A stretch of DNA of 62,265 nucleotides, filler included, from 20 parts of 20 records of this genome joined end to end with filler, not necessarily neighbours in it; one strand, 5' to 3'. Shown: positions 13,515 to 26,327, numbered from the whole stretch's first letter. Numbers and translations: made by a program. The notes: generated by a model not told the origin, from the letters alone.

Positions 13515-16500
13515 ATAAGCCTACCGGGATATGTATAACCTCATGGAATGTAAATGGCCTAAAAAATAAATTGAAGGACAGTGTTTTTTTTATCCCACAT
13601 CAATAATTACGATATTGTTTTTCTATGCGAAACATGGATGGAACCTTCTTTCCATCTAGACATTGCAAATTTTGAATGCTTCTGCATAGGGAGGGAAAAC
13701 AAGCATAAGAAGGCTATACGATACTCTGGTGGGCTTGCGTTATTAATAAAAAATGATATTACAAGAAAAGTAAAAATTTTACAACATGCAGAGCACAGAA
13801 TTTGGTGTGAAATTAGTTTAAGTGCATGTGACAAACTCTTCATATGTTTTGTGTATATTCCACCCACCAATTCTTATATATATAATGGAAATCTTACAGC
13901 AGAAAGAATATTTGACGATATCCAAGAAGACATTGCACATTTTTTGACACTTGGAAAAATTATGATCTGTGGGGATTTCAACGGAAGAATAGGAGAAGAC
14001 CCAGACTACTCTGAAGATATTCTAGACTGCAATGGTAATGATCATGGAAATGACATGGCACATACAAATTTACTGCAAGATATTATTAGGCCACAAGACA
14101 TTTCTCCTCCGGAAGCTTTCCTACAGCGGCAATCTATGGACAAGGTGGTTAATAAGCAGGGCAAGCTAATACTAGAACTTTGTAAGAACACTGGTTTAAA
14201 AGTCATGAACGGCAGATTACATCAGGACAAGCACATTGGTAATTACACATTTCTAACATCAAATGGAAAAAGCGTAATTGATTATCTCTTATGCCATTAT
14301 AGTACATCTCAGGTAATTTCGAACTTCCAAATTGGAGACCTACTCATGGGTAGTGATCATAGACAAATTATTTTCAAGATAACAACAGAAACAGATGACA
14401 ATAATAATACAATTAACTCACACAACCTGCTGGATGGCGAAGTATATAAATATGTGTGGGACACCACAAAAGTAGAGGAATTCATCAAGAATTTATATGA
14501 TGAGAAGTCGCTCCTTCGCCGATACAGGTTTGAAGAAGAAATAACTAACAATAATCCTGATGTCAATCAAGTCTGGCAGCTTTTGTCTTATTACATTACG
14601 GGTGCAGCAGATGACACATTCAAGAAGAAAAAGCGATACCCATTAATGCAGAAAAAAATAAACTCAAATTTCAATAGCCAGCCCTGGTACAATAATGATT
14701 GCAAACAGGCTAAAATTCATGCATCATCTCTTCTAAAACAATGTCAGCACTCGAACCAGATTTCAGACGAATATAAAAAAGCCAAAAAAGATTATAATAG
14801 TCTATGTCAGAAACTAAAGCGACAACATTCATACAACTCTGTTTGTGATCTACAAAACGCTATAGAAAATACTCCTGGATTATTGTGGAAGAAACTAAAA
14901 TCATATGCCACTAAGAAAACAGAATCTACAAGTATTAATGCTGACATATTTTACCAATACTATTCATCACTAGAAAATGGAGGTAATATTCGTAGTTATT
15001 TTGACAAAGACTTTGAATCAGCAATTCACAAATTTATGAACAAATATGATTATGACAAACCACTGTTATTAATAAATGATATTTACAATGACATCTTAAA
15101 TGCACCTATCTCTTTAGAAGAGATCGATAAGTCAATTTTGAAAATTAGAACTAACAAAGCAGTTGGAACTGATGGTGTTCCGTCGGAGTTCTTTAAATTT
15201 ACCACTCCCACTTTTAACAAACCCCTCTGTTTGTTGTTTAACCATATTTTTGAAAATGGTGAATATCCTGATACGTGGGGTGAGGGGATAGTAAATCCTG
15301 TATATAAGAGTGGCACTAAAAACTATTGTGAAAATTACAGAAAATTGACAATACTAAATTCCATCACTAAAATTTTTGACAATATCATCAATAACAGGTG
15401 GAATTACTTAAATGTTGTCACGCAGAGAGAAGATCCATTTCAAGGGGGCTTTAAAAGTGGCAGTAGGACAACAGACAATGTATTTATACTTAATTCCATT
15501 ATAGAAAAACACAATGTTCTAAATCAAAGACTCTATGTTTGCTTTATTGACTTTAGCAAAGCCTTTGACACTATAAACAGAACATTTCTACTATACAAAC
15601 TAATTAATGCAGGGATAGAAGGAAAATTTCTTCGAATCATCAAATCAATGTTTTCTAAAACAAAAAGCTGTGTTAACGCCAATGGCAAATTCTCTAAGTT
15701 TATATATGATACAATAGGAGTGCAGCAGGGAGGAATAATTAGTTCTACATCCTTTAAAGAATTTCTCCGGGACTTAAGAAATTACTTACAAGAGGAGTAT
15801 GGAGTATATATGGAAGACTCTATCTTCACATACCTTCTATGGGCTGACGATCTAGTTATTTTTTCGACCTCACCCACTATCTTGCAAAAACTTCTTGATG
15901 GTCTTGATAAGTTTTGTCGACAATGGCAAATGATAGTTAACTTAACTAAAACTAAAATTTTATGTTACAATGAATGTAAAACTAGACATGCTATTTTTTA
16001 TTTTAATAACAACATTGTTGATATGGATGACAAGTACAAATATCTGGGAACAATAATTAATGTTGGGAAATGTCAAGCCAAACAATGTTTTGACCATGTA
16101 AGAGAGCAAGCAAACAAGGCATGCTTTGCGATGAGATATTACACAGAAAATATTGACAAACTAACTCCCCAAGTAAATATGTTTCTGTTCGACTCAATTA
16201 TATTACCAATACTGGAGTATAATGCAGAGATTTGGTATCATCAGGATAAAAGCAACGTCATTGAAGGAATGCATCTAAAGTTTATGAAGAAGATATTGGG
16301 TATCAAAATGCAGACTTCAACTATGGCTGTATATGGAGAACTGCAGCGATTCCCGCTAATTATAAGGCAACAAACAAAAGCGATCAAGTATTGGATAAGA
16401 TTAGTAAAATGTAACCATGAATCTCCGTTATATAAATCGTATTTAGCATTGAAGCATCTGGACAGTCTAGGCTTTACGACATGGGCAACGAACATAAAAA

Positions 16501-16887
16501 ATTTATTGTGTGAAAATGGTCTCAATGATGCTTGGACTAGTCAAGATCCCAGTTCAGTAGACACTAGTAAAATGAAACAGCAGTTACAAAATAATTTTAT
16601 AGCACAATGGGGAAACAGCATACATAATCAGCCAAAATTGAGAACCTACATACTGTACAAATACAGGTTTGTTTTTGAAATGTACCTCCAAATACCCATG
16701 TGCAGCAAATACAGAGAAAGTTTATGTAGATTCAGGACTGGAGCTCACAAACTGGCGATAGAAACAGGAAGGCACTGTACTCCATCAATTCCAGTTGAAA
16801 GACGGGTATGTTTACTTTGCAAGACTGGAGAAGTGGAAGATGAAATTCATTTTGTCTGTCAGTGTAGCCTTTATCAAAAAGAGAGAA
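13475..16887 (+). CDS. Non-LTR retrotransposon ORF2 (APE + RT + C-terminal CCHC), RTEX-like. It has no ATG start and a +1 break at the T8 run 13584-13591.
   Basis: ITSWNVNGL lies in the frame open from 13475. The main frame (13581 onward) has LCETW, GDFN, SVIDY, SDH, NYRKLT, FIDFSKAFD, QQGGIISS, WADD and C-terminal GRH...RRVCLLC...EDEIHFVCQC. The clade is inferred from the esterase ORF1 and this C-terminal pattern. Confidence 0.88.
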
Positions 16888-16987
16888 NNNNNNNNNNNNN
16901 NNNNNNNNNNNNNNNNNNNNNNNNNNNNNNNTTAATTAATTAANNNNNNNNNNNNNNNNNNNNNNNNNNNNNNNNNNNNNNNNNNNN

Positions 16988-19900
16988 GTATGCTTTACAC
17001 CACTGTGAATGGTTTCCTTGTGTGCATTCAGAATGACCAAATCGGTGTAAGGATTATTTTTTGGTAACAGTATTGGGAACTTCATGTACTCTGGTAATTC
17101 CGAATTTTCTAATCTACCCTTGCAACGAATTAGACCATCACCATCAATGTATAATTTAAGCTGTTGAATCAATCCATTTTTCTTCTCTTTCTGCAGTGAA
17201 ACTACAACATCATGCAATGCCTTTATTTGGACTTCTTGATCCCATTTTTGTTGTGCGTTGAATAGTTCCATTGATGTCAAATGTTTCTGTTCTGGTTTTC
17301 GTCCCTTTAAAGCATTGATGAAACGAAAACACCACGCCGTTATCCTAATCATTGTACTCAATTTAGAATAATCTTTAGGATTGAGACCAAACACATAAGA
17401 TTCATTAGTTGTATTCTGATGAGTGTGCGTTAATAACTGTGTTTTAGTGTTCTCTTCATTGTCTTGAAATTCAGGGGTGATTTCTTCATTATCCTCATTT
17501 GAAGTAATTTTCTCTACTTCCGGTGATATATTTGGTCCATACCACCATATGTCAGAATTTTGTAAATCAGGTATTGTTTTCCCTCTAGTCAGGAAATCCG
17601 CTGGGTTATTCTTCGAAGACACACGGAAGAATTCTATGGTATTATCGGCTCGAACTTCTTTTAAGCGATTGTTGACAAAAACGTCCTTGCATTTTCCATT
17701 TTTTATCCAACTCAATACACAATTCGAATCAGACCATACTATTCTTCTGGATATTGTTACTATATTTCGTAATTCTGACTCAACAAATTTCAATAGCCTT
17801 ACTCCAATAATTACTGCCATCAATTCCAATCGGGGAATAGATAGTGCTTTAATTGGCGCCAGCCTAGCTTTAGCGAAAATCAAGTTTGATTGCTGGACAC
17901 CTTCCTTGTCATAAAGTAAGTAAGTGCAAGCACCGTATGCTATCTGCGAAGCATCACAAAACGTGTACAACTCAATGTGTGAGCTTCTTTCTAGTTGAAT
18001 ATGACGAGGGATCTTTACCTGTGAAATGTTACATAGGTCAGTAACTAACTGTTGCCATTCTTCTGTTACCTGATCTGGTAGCTGAGCATCCCAATCAAAA
18101 CCACCTTTCCATATTCTTTGAATCAATGCTTTGGCTTTGATAATCACTGGTGAGAAGTATCCTAAAGGATCAAATATCTGTGAAACCTGCTGTAAAATTT
18201 CTCTTTTCGTTGATGCTTCACCACTAATACCATTGCTCCCTCCGATGTGTAATGTATCGTCTGTTAAATTCCATTGAATACCGAGGACTTTAGTGTATTT
18301 TGTGTCTCCAATATCCTTATCAGACACGTGTTCCATGAATTCAGTAGAATTTGAAGACCACTGTCTTAAATTCATGCTCGCTCCTTGAAGTATCTCTTTA
18401 GCCTCCGTATAATAATCAACTGCTTCCTCTACTGTATCTTTACCAGAAAAGATATTATCCACGTAGATGTTATCAAGTATTTCTTTCGATGTCTTGGAGC
18501 CTTCATCTGTCAAATGCTTTTTTATTGTTCCTCCGAGCATAAAGGCACTTGATATTATTCCAAAAGGAACTCTTCGGAAACGGTATATTTCTACGTTGCC
18601 AGGCGACACCCCACTTTTATGATCTTTCAACCACAAAAAACGTGTCACATCTTTGTCGGGCTCTTGTAATCCTACTTGTAGATAAGCCTTTTCAATATCG
18701 CTAATAAGAGCGATAAGAAATAACCTAAATCGCATCAGTATACCACATAAATCTTTCATAAAAACAGGTCCTTTGTATAGACAATCATTCAAACTGTTCA
18801 ACTCATTACTGGCTTTTGATGAAGCATCATTGACTACGCGTAGTTTGGTAGTTGCACTGTCGGTTTTAATTACTGCATGATGCGGCAAGTAATGCTTCTT
18901 GTAATTTGTCTTCTCATCATCTCTTTTATCGACTCTTTCAATTATTCCGAGATTTAGTTGTTCCTTTATAACTTTGTCATACTTGTCTATCGCATCAGGA
19001 GTTCGCTCTAGCTTCTTCACTGTTGATTTTAGCCTACCCATAGCTAAACCATAGTTCTCAGGTAAATCCATATCTTCATCTTTCCATGGCCATTTAACTT
19101 CATATCTTCCATTAACGAATCGTACCGAATTCTTAAAGTTTTCCCACACTATATCATCTGTTGTTTGCTCTGTTTCACATTTTGTACCAATCTCTTCAAT
19201 ATTCCAAAACTGTTCAATCTTTGAATGCATATCAAAGTACTTGTCCCCTTCGTTCAAAACAATTAAAGATGTTTCGGTGTTTATTGAATTATCCAGTGAA
19301 ATGTCACAGTTTATTCGACCTGTTGGTATCCATCCCAACTTGGTGGAAATGACGACCAACTTTTCACTTAACTGAATTCTCTCAGTATTAACAAATTCAT
19401 AATAGTAATCATTTCCTATTAACATTTGTAACTGTATTTTCTCGTTGGATTTGTTTGGTGGATATGCCAACTTTAACATTAGGAGATTATATTTCTGCAA
19501 ATCGATCGGTATTTTTTGAACTGTACTTGTTATTGTCGGAATAACTGATACATGCATTTCTTTTAAGGATCCATCTGTCAGCTCTACATAAAGTTTGACT
19601 ATTGGGATCTTTCGTTTATTTGCTTGACTTGACCCAAAACAAGCTAAGGACAGTGTCTCATAAGCCACCGGCTTTAAGTTCAAATTCTTCATCACCTGTT
19701 CAGATACGTATGTTCTTTGACTACCTGTGTCAAAAATCACGTTCGTTTTCATGCCAATATGATTTGTGTTTTGATTTTTAATAATTGTTTGTGCAATTGG
19801 CATTATCACATGCGAACTTATGGAATCATGCGATCGATCAGTGTTAGCTGTTAACTGCATAGCATTTTCCGATTCTGTATTATCAAATGTAATCAGCTGG

Positions 19901-20326
19901 GCCTCTCTTTCACGGGCGCTATTACGATTCTCTTGCCTATAGCATAGACTGCTGTGATGATTATTTTTACAGTAATAACATGGTTTTGGGTTGGGGCAAG
20001 ACATGGCCATGTGTTCTCTGAGGCATATATAACACTTGGTTTTAAGTTTTTCTTTACGATCAGAAACAGTTGCATATGTTCTGCATTGATCTGAGAAATG
20101 AGTCCCAGAGCAATATGCACATTTGGCATTTTGAACTTTACTACTATTAGTAAGTAAACTTCCTACTGTTGACGATTGTGTATTTTGATTATCTCTAGGG
20201 AATCTTTGTTTCCTATCTGAGAACATGGAGGATGGTGCTGAATTCTTTTCTCCTAACTCTCGAGCTAATATTTCTTCTTTAAGTAATTGTCGTAAAACAG
20301 ACAGCTTCCAATCATTTACTCCATTC
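16988..20326 (-). mobile_element. BEL/Pao LTR retrotransposon gag-pol fragment (three zinc knuckles, protease, RT, RNase H, start of integrase)
   Basis: Knuckles CAYC..H...C, CYIC..H...C and CYYC..HH..LC. Protease FDTGSQRTY. RT/RNase H motifs YLPHH, SDIEKAYLQV, YVDN, FDPLG, FCDAS, IPRLEL and NPADFLTRG. Confidence 0.95.
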
Positions 20327-20428
20327 NNNNNNNNNNNNNNNNNNNNNNNNNNNNNNNNNNNNNNNNNNNNTTAATTAATTAANNNNNNNNNNNNNNNNNN
20401 NNNNNNNNNNNNNNNNNNNNNNNNNNAA

Positions 20429-23037
20429 ATAGACCAATTTCTACACAGTAAATTCGCACTTGAATCACGAAAGGTTGCCAGTCCAGCAGAAACCAGCGCA
20501 GCAGCAACTGTTGAAGTATTGGTTGTGGTACCCGGGCCGAGTACTGCCACTCAAGTACAATCTCCAAAAAAGTTGAAAAGTGACTGTGCCAAATGTCGAA
20601 TTAGAAGGCATAAAATAAAGACACTTGTAAAGGATTACCGGGAAAAGGTAAAAGAAATTAGAACGCTGAAACAAACAACCAGTGGCAGTGCAAAACAAGT
20701 CAGACGATTGAAACAAGCGTTGGAACGAAAGGTATCCATTGAACAGAGCCTGCGGGAAGAAAGGAAGATGCTCAAGTTCGAAGGCCTCGAAAAGGCAAAG
20801 GAAAATCAGACGTTGCGAGATAAACTTGAACAACTGCAACCAGATATAACGAAGGAACAAATTTCAAAAGCTACAAAAGCTAAGAAGAACATTAAAGCGT
20901 ACAATAAGAAACGGCAACTGCAACGCAAAACAATTTTTTTTGCCTTACGACAGCAAACCAGAGCACTTCGACACGAGAACAAAACATTACAACAGGCGAA
21001 CGATGATCTAGTTTCTCAGCTCCAAGATCTACAGTCGAGCCAACAAAGAACTGGCATTGTTTTTACGAAGTCGGATAAAAAGTCATACAGTGTGGCATAC
21101 AGAAAAGCAGCATACCAATGCCTAGTACACCAAGTACCCGTTGAAACAACCAGTGTGGTGATGGATGCTATAGCGAAAGAACTGTTCGGTGCCGAATTGA
21201 GTGATACGGCTGATAAAACACGCATAGCACACTTTGCTTATGAGCTGGGAGTTTTGAGCGACATCCAGGTTGGGGAAGCACTTCAAGAATATGACAATAT
21301 AACACTTTCATGGGATGCAACATCGATAGACAGCGATCACATTAACGAGGTACACATCATTCTACCCAAAGAAATTCCAGAGCCTTTGGTTGTACAAGTT
21401 GATGAACTATCTGGTGGTACAGCTAAAGATTATTCCAATCACATCAAAGACTGCATTACTGATATTTGCACTACATATTCACTGTATCAAAATCTCGACC
21501 TCTTCCAGTACAGGTTAACCGTACTGAGCCATTTAAAGAACACTTTAACAGATAGGGTAGTAGTCAACCACTGTGTAGTCACAGCACTCGAAGAAGACCT
21601 CGACTTATCGCTGCTTGAACTCAACTGCAATGTCCACCCCTTAGATGGAATAGCCGGCAAATGTCGCGAAACTCTGAAGTCTTTGGATAAGCAACACAAC
21701 ATTACAAGTGAAACATTCGGCAGGGACAGTAAAGCAGTAAATTTAATTTATGGCATTACAAAAATGAGGTACAAGCAGGGCAAGGGTGATCCTGGAGGAT
21801 TCAAACTATTTTTGAGGGAACATAGTGTGAAACCAGGTTATTTTGTCCGGTACGTTGGTAATAGGTTTCACGTCCTCTTCCATCTCGCTGGCGTGATTTT
21901 TCTCATGCGCACAAAATTAGCGGACTATCTCCAGAACAGATGCAACTGTAGGACATCTTTTAGAACGGCCCTGCTTAATGACTTGGCAAACACAAAGATC
22001 GTTATTCAGCTGCAAGCACTAGGGCTCCTGGGAAAATACCTTACTCAACCATGGATGAAAATTTTCTACGCCAACGCTGCCAACAAAACTAATTTAGAAA
22101 TGAATGCGACCCTCACCGACTGCGTCAGTAATTTAAAGACAGCAGCAACGAATCCTGCATCAATTTTCGCCACGCAGACCGATGCATTTGGCAATGCTAT
22201 GCATAGTGACACAGATGTTGTCAGCTTTCATCTGCAGACGGAAGCTGTAAATGAAGAGCAAACCGAATATTTTGCGGAGGTGTTTTCGTCACTTACACAA
22301 AGTGTAGTTGTTGTGCTCGAAAGGCAGTTAGCACCTTACCTGGAAGGACGTCTGTCCCGTCCTACTGAAGAAATGCTTCTGCAAACCAAGTCTGCTCCGC
22401 TTCACAATATCTTCGCAGAACAGACGCTCGGCGTAACGGATCACCACTTCCGAAGAGCCCCAAATGCTACTGTAGGGTTTATTGACGGCAAAGTGCGTGC
22501 GACAAAAAACCATACAATGTCTTGGCTGAATGCTAAGCCAATCGAAGAACAAGAAAAACTCGTAAAATTTGCAGTTGGCCGTGCAGCTAAGGTACGTGCT
22601 GTTAAAAAGCAGCGTGCCAGCGACGTAGCAGAACGGTTCGCTGAACGACAAAGAGAAAAACAACAAAAACGGGACAAAACTGACAGAAACAGGGTTGAAC
22701 GAAAATTAAAACAGATCCTATGTGGCTCACAACAATTTGACGTTGGTCAATTTTCGGATATGTCTGCTGATGATTTGGAAAAATTATCTTCTCTGCTACA
22801 AAACCCGGAATCTGTAGTTGGTACTTACTTGGAGCACACTTGGTATGAAGGAGGAAATAATGTTGTGTACTGTGGTAAAGCGTTAAATGTTAAATCGAAA
22901 AAGGGAGCGATGGTAATACAGTTGCTTACTGGAAGCCACACGAATTCGAAGACGATGCTTCAGACTCTAGCGTGGACTTCAGCCAGTTGCTGACAGATTT
23001 TATTCTCGGCGATCTGGTGTTCAGCAGTACTCAATAG
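20429..23037 (+). mobile_element. DDE transposase-like ORF (hAT-like CxxH group), 5' truncated, with a probable 1-nt frameshift near 22894-22918 and a Tudor-like tail
   Basis: N-terminal coiled coil. Candidate catalytic motifs are LSWDATS (D1), LTDRVVVN (D2), LNCNVHPLD (CxxH), GNRF and HNIFAEQTLG (E). The main frame stops at 22993, while the -1 frame continues TVAYWK...LLTDFILGDLVF to TAG at 23035-23037. Confidence 0.65.
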
Positions 23038-23349
23038 TGGGACATACCCAGCACTTGGACAGACGAAATGATATCGAAGCTGCCTTGAAGGTATGAATCT
23101 GTTAGTCTTGTTGTAATATATGGTTCTGTATTGAATTCATGTTTATTCTCATTGTATTCCTCAGAGCGAGACCTTTCTTTTGATATGTCACACGATAGGG
23201 TTTCGTAAAATATAATAATAATAATATAATAATTATAGTATATATATATNNNNNNNNNNNNNNNNNNNNNNNNNNNNNNNNNNNNNNNNNNNNTTAATTA
23301 ATTAANNNNNNNNNNNNNNNNNNNNNNNNNNNNNNNNNNNNNNNNNNNN

Positions 23350-24069
23350 AGCATTCAGATCCCCGACCAAAATTATATTGAGACCAGTCAACTTCGCGTT
23401 TTCGACCTCGGTGTTTAAGTTGTTCCAGAAAAGGGGGTCAAAATAAGGGTAACACGCTGGCCTGTAACAACAGCAAAAAAGTATAGTATTAAACTTATTC
23501 TTAACTTCTAGCCAAATCGATTCTGTTAAATTCGTTTCGATATCTGATCGACGTCTAGCACTGAGAGTATTACGCACATAAACGGCGACCCCACCCGAGG
23601 CCCTATTGGCGTTTTGACGATCACGGCGGAAGATATCTTGGTAACCTTCTAAAGAAATTTCGTCAGATGATATACTAGCTTGTAGCATCGTTTCTGTGAC
23701 AGCAACTATATCGTAGTGTTTCGCAAACAAGGCGAATTCAGTAAATTTATTTTTGACCTGCTTATTTTGCGGGAAAAGACTGCGCATGTTTACATGGGTA
23801 AAAGAAAGGTTCGATTTCACATATGGTGTGGCCTGGTTTTCCTTTGGCCTACCTCTACCGCCTCGAGGCCCTGGATTCACATGGACTTGCATGGACAAGA
23901 TAATTAGTATTGCAACTGTCGTAAGGAAAAAGTGCATATTAATAAACAAGCCAAATAATATTAAGCCGAAAAACAGAAAACTGGAGCGGTTTTGTGCACT
24001 GGTGACTAAATAGACCCTAGAGTTAAATGTACCAATTGCCACCCGATACTGCGCTAATGAAACTCCCAT
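23350..24069 (-). CDS. Start of CR1/L2-group ORF2: hydrophobic leader, 2A-like motif, APE endonuclease (3' truncated)
   Basis: MGVSLAQYRVAIGTFN leader, hydrophobic stretch and QVHVNPGP, then HVNMRSL, AVTET, RRDR...GGVAVYV, CYRP and GDLN. Confidence 0.88.
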
Positions 24070-25349
24070 TTAACAATATACCTTAACGTTCACGAGAAGG
24101 TAGGGGAAGATCGGGCGGCTTAGTACTCTGATAAATATACTTATACTGCATGCATTAGACTGAGGATAGAACATGAAGGGCAGTGTACGTTTACGCCTAC
24201 CAGTGGAATAGTGATGACCTTGATCAATGTTAGTAGCAAAAGTATACACACAAAAATAAAAAATTAAATAAGAAAAATCGAAACTGCGACATGCGCGGCG
24301 ACACATATAAATGTAAATAAAGATAAAAATAAAAAAGGTACTAATCCACTTAAAACTGAATTTAAATATGATACAATGTAGTACAATGTAGAAAATGGTA
24401 ACAAATGACGTTATTGGCAAACTGAGTTAAAAACTTAACTTGATTACTCTATCACTATAGGTTACATGCACATAGAATTTACGGTGTGTCGTTGACTATA
24501 AATAATTTGAAAAACACTGGATAGCTCAGAAAATCAATGAGAAATAATTAAATTGAATGTTGCGCGCAGTATTAAGATGATCAAAATGTGTTTGGCTCTA
24601 AAATAAAATTATTCTAAGGGTAAATACTAAACGCTGTAATCATTATTCATTGCATCGAAAATATAATTATACATGTTAGCCTATACATGAACCCCATCTG
24701 ATTGGCTTGCATCGTAATATTTGGCTATGTATAACAACAAAAAATCATCCATACTTGCATAATAATAATGAAAGCAAGTGCAAAATAGCATGCCAAACCT
24801 GATATAGCCTAATAACACAACTTTGGAATAAACTAAAAATATACTTCACTTCAATGGTCACGTACATGTACCTGTACCGTAAATTATAAATTCTACAAAT
24901 AAAACGTAAAAAGATGGCAGCATATTCACACTACAAAAATATTCCTTTCTCGTCAGCAATATAGCACGTACATGTACGTCTAGGCCTAAATGGAATCATG
25001 CAAATGCTTGTCAAGTGGTAGGCCAGAACCAACATGTGTACCGGAAGGTTTACTGGCTTAGTGTATAGGTAGCAATCAAAGACCACGGTTACAATCCAGT
25101 AGTTTACTGTTTCCTGCCAAATATTTAAGTATGTTCTATTACTGGCATACGAAATGTGTGTTGAACAGTAGAAATAAGCATGTTACACTTCAGATTTCCA
25201 AACAAAATTTCAAAAATGATATCGCTTTACGATTATTTTAGAAAACTCTGATATACTTTAGCATTTAGCTGTAGAACACAATATAGGCCTATATACAAGT
25301 AAATCTCAGGTAGCTTTGAACAACCTACATTTGTTTAACTGCACTAATA

Positions 25350-26327
25350 TCATTTTTTGCTATTATGCTGCTTGGGCACAGTGACTTGCTGCGGCCCATC
25401 ACCATTATGCTCGTTATTTTGTTGGCTAGATTGTCCACGTTCAATTCGGGCAACAACATCAGACAGGTCTGACTCGCCATTAAGCAAAAAACGTTTTCCG
25501 TTGTTGTCCCTGATAAACAGTCTCCCGTCACGTGACCAAGCGGCCTGTAACACATTTCGTTTGATGAAACCCCGTGCCTTCGATAGCAAGACAGCTCTTC
25601 TCGATGTTAAATCTTCTGATATAGCAAGTGGGGGCAAGCTATCCCGATCCGAGTGGGGCCTACTACCAGCACGCAACTTGCTTCTTGCACTCATGACCAT
25701 CTGGCGTGTGCGGTAAGAAGCAAAACGACAGATGATCGCCCGGGGTCGGTTTCTGGATGATGGAGCACCTACACTCGGCTTACCGACTCGATGGCTTCGT
25801 TGTATATCGGACAACTGTAGTGGGACATCCAGTTTGTCCCGGCAGATTTTCAGCACAATCGAGTCGGTATCCTCCCCAGATGTCTCGGGGTGGTTCCACA
25901 CTCTCACACTCCATCGTCTCCCGTACTGTTCGAGCTCATCGATACTATTTTCCACTCGGACAACGCGTGTTTTGAGCTCAGCTATCTCTGTATCTTTTCG
26001 CTGTAACTCAGAGTCGTATTTTGCAGTCACACCAGCAACTGCAGTTTGGACCTCTTTTTTGATAGCTTTGCTCAGGCAACGGTTTACGTTTTCTGCGATA
26101 ATTGGTGCAAGGAACACGCCGATGTCGGGATGCTTCAGAGCCTCTTTGACAGCCGAGAGCAGTTCAGATTCACTAACGGCGTCATCAAAAACTGACTCGA
26201 CGTCAGATTCGGACTGGCCGGCAGTGTCAACGTTATCGCCATCGCCGGTACCGTGCTTTGGCATCTTTGAGTCCGGACTTATCTCGCCACTACTCAGCGG
26301 CCGCTTGTTAGTACTCCCTGAGTCCAT
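25350..26327 (-). CDS. Non-LTR ORF1 of L1 ORF1p/Transposase_22 type (coiled coil, RRM, CTD)
   Basis: LEQYGRRWSVRVW, DIQRSHRVGK, RAIICRF, ISEDLT and AAWSRDGRLFI. It lies upstream of the APE ORF on the same strand. Confidence 0.88.
   Translation of the reverse strand: MDSGSTNKRPLSSGEISPDSKMPKHGTGDGDNVDTAGQSESDVESVFDDAVSESELLSAVKEALKHPDIGVFLAPIIAENVNRCLSKAIKKEVQTAVAGVTAKYDSELQRKDTEIAELKTRVVRVENSIDELEQYGRRWSVRVWNHPETSGEDTDSIVLKICRDKLDVPLQLSDIQRSHRVGKPSVGAPSSRNRPRAIICRFASYRTRQMVMSARSKLRAGSRPHSDRDSLPPLAISEDLTSRRAVLLSKARGFIKRNVLQAAWSRDGRLFIRDNNGKRFLLNGESDLSDVVARIERGQSSQQNNEHNGDGPQQVTVPKQHNSKK

Noticed and set aside
13584-13591. T8 run as a programmed +1 frameshift
   Set aside because: A homopolymer indel is more parsimonious, since removing one T restores a continuous APE domain.
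22897-22906. GAAAAAGGGA as a programmed -1 frameshift site for the Tudor-like tail
   Set aside because: A_AAG_GGA is not a typical eukaryotic slippery heptamer, and a single-base deletion is the simpler explanation.
24070-24420. 116-aa hydrophobic ORF as a membrane protein gene
   Set aside because: The F/I/Y richness is explained by T-rich spacer DNA, the start is non-ATG, and there is no recognisable motif.
24860-25300. TACATGTA and TAGGCCTA palindromes as specific regulatory sites
   Set aside because: They recur in non-coding parts of several fragments and look like genome-wide over-represented words.
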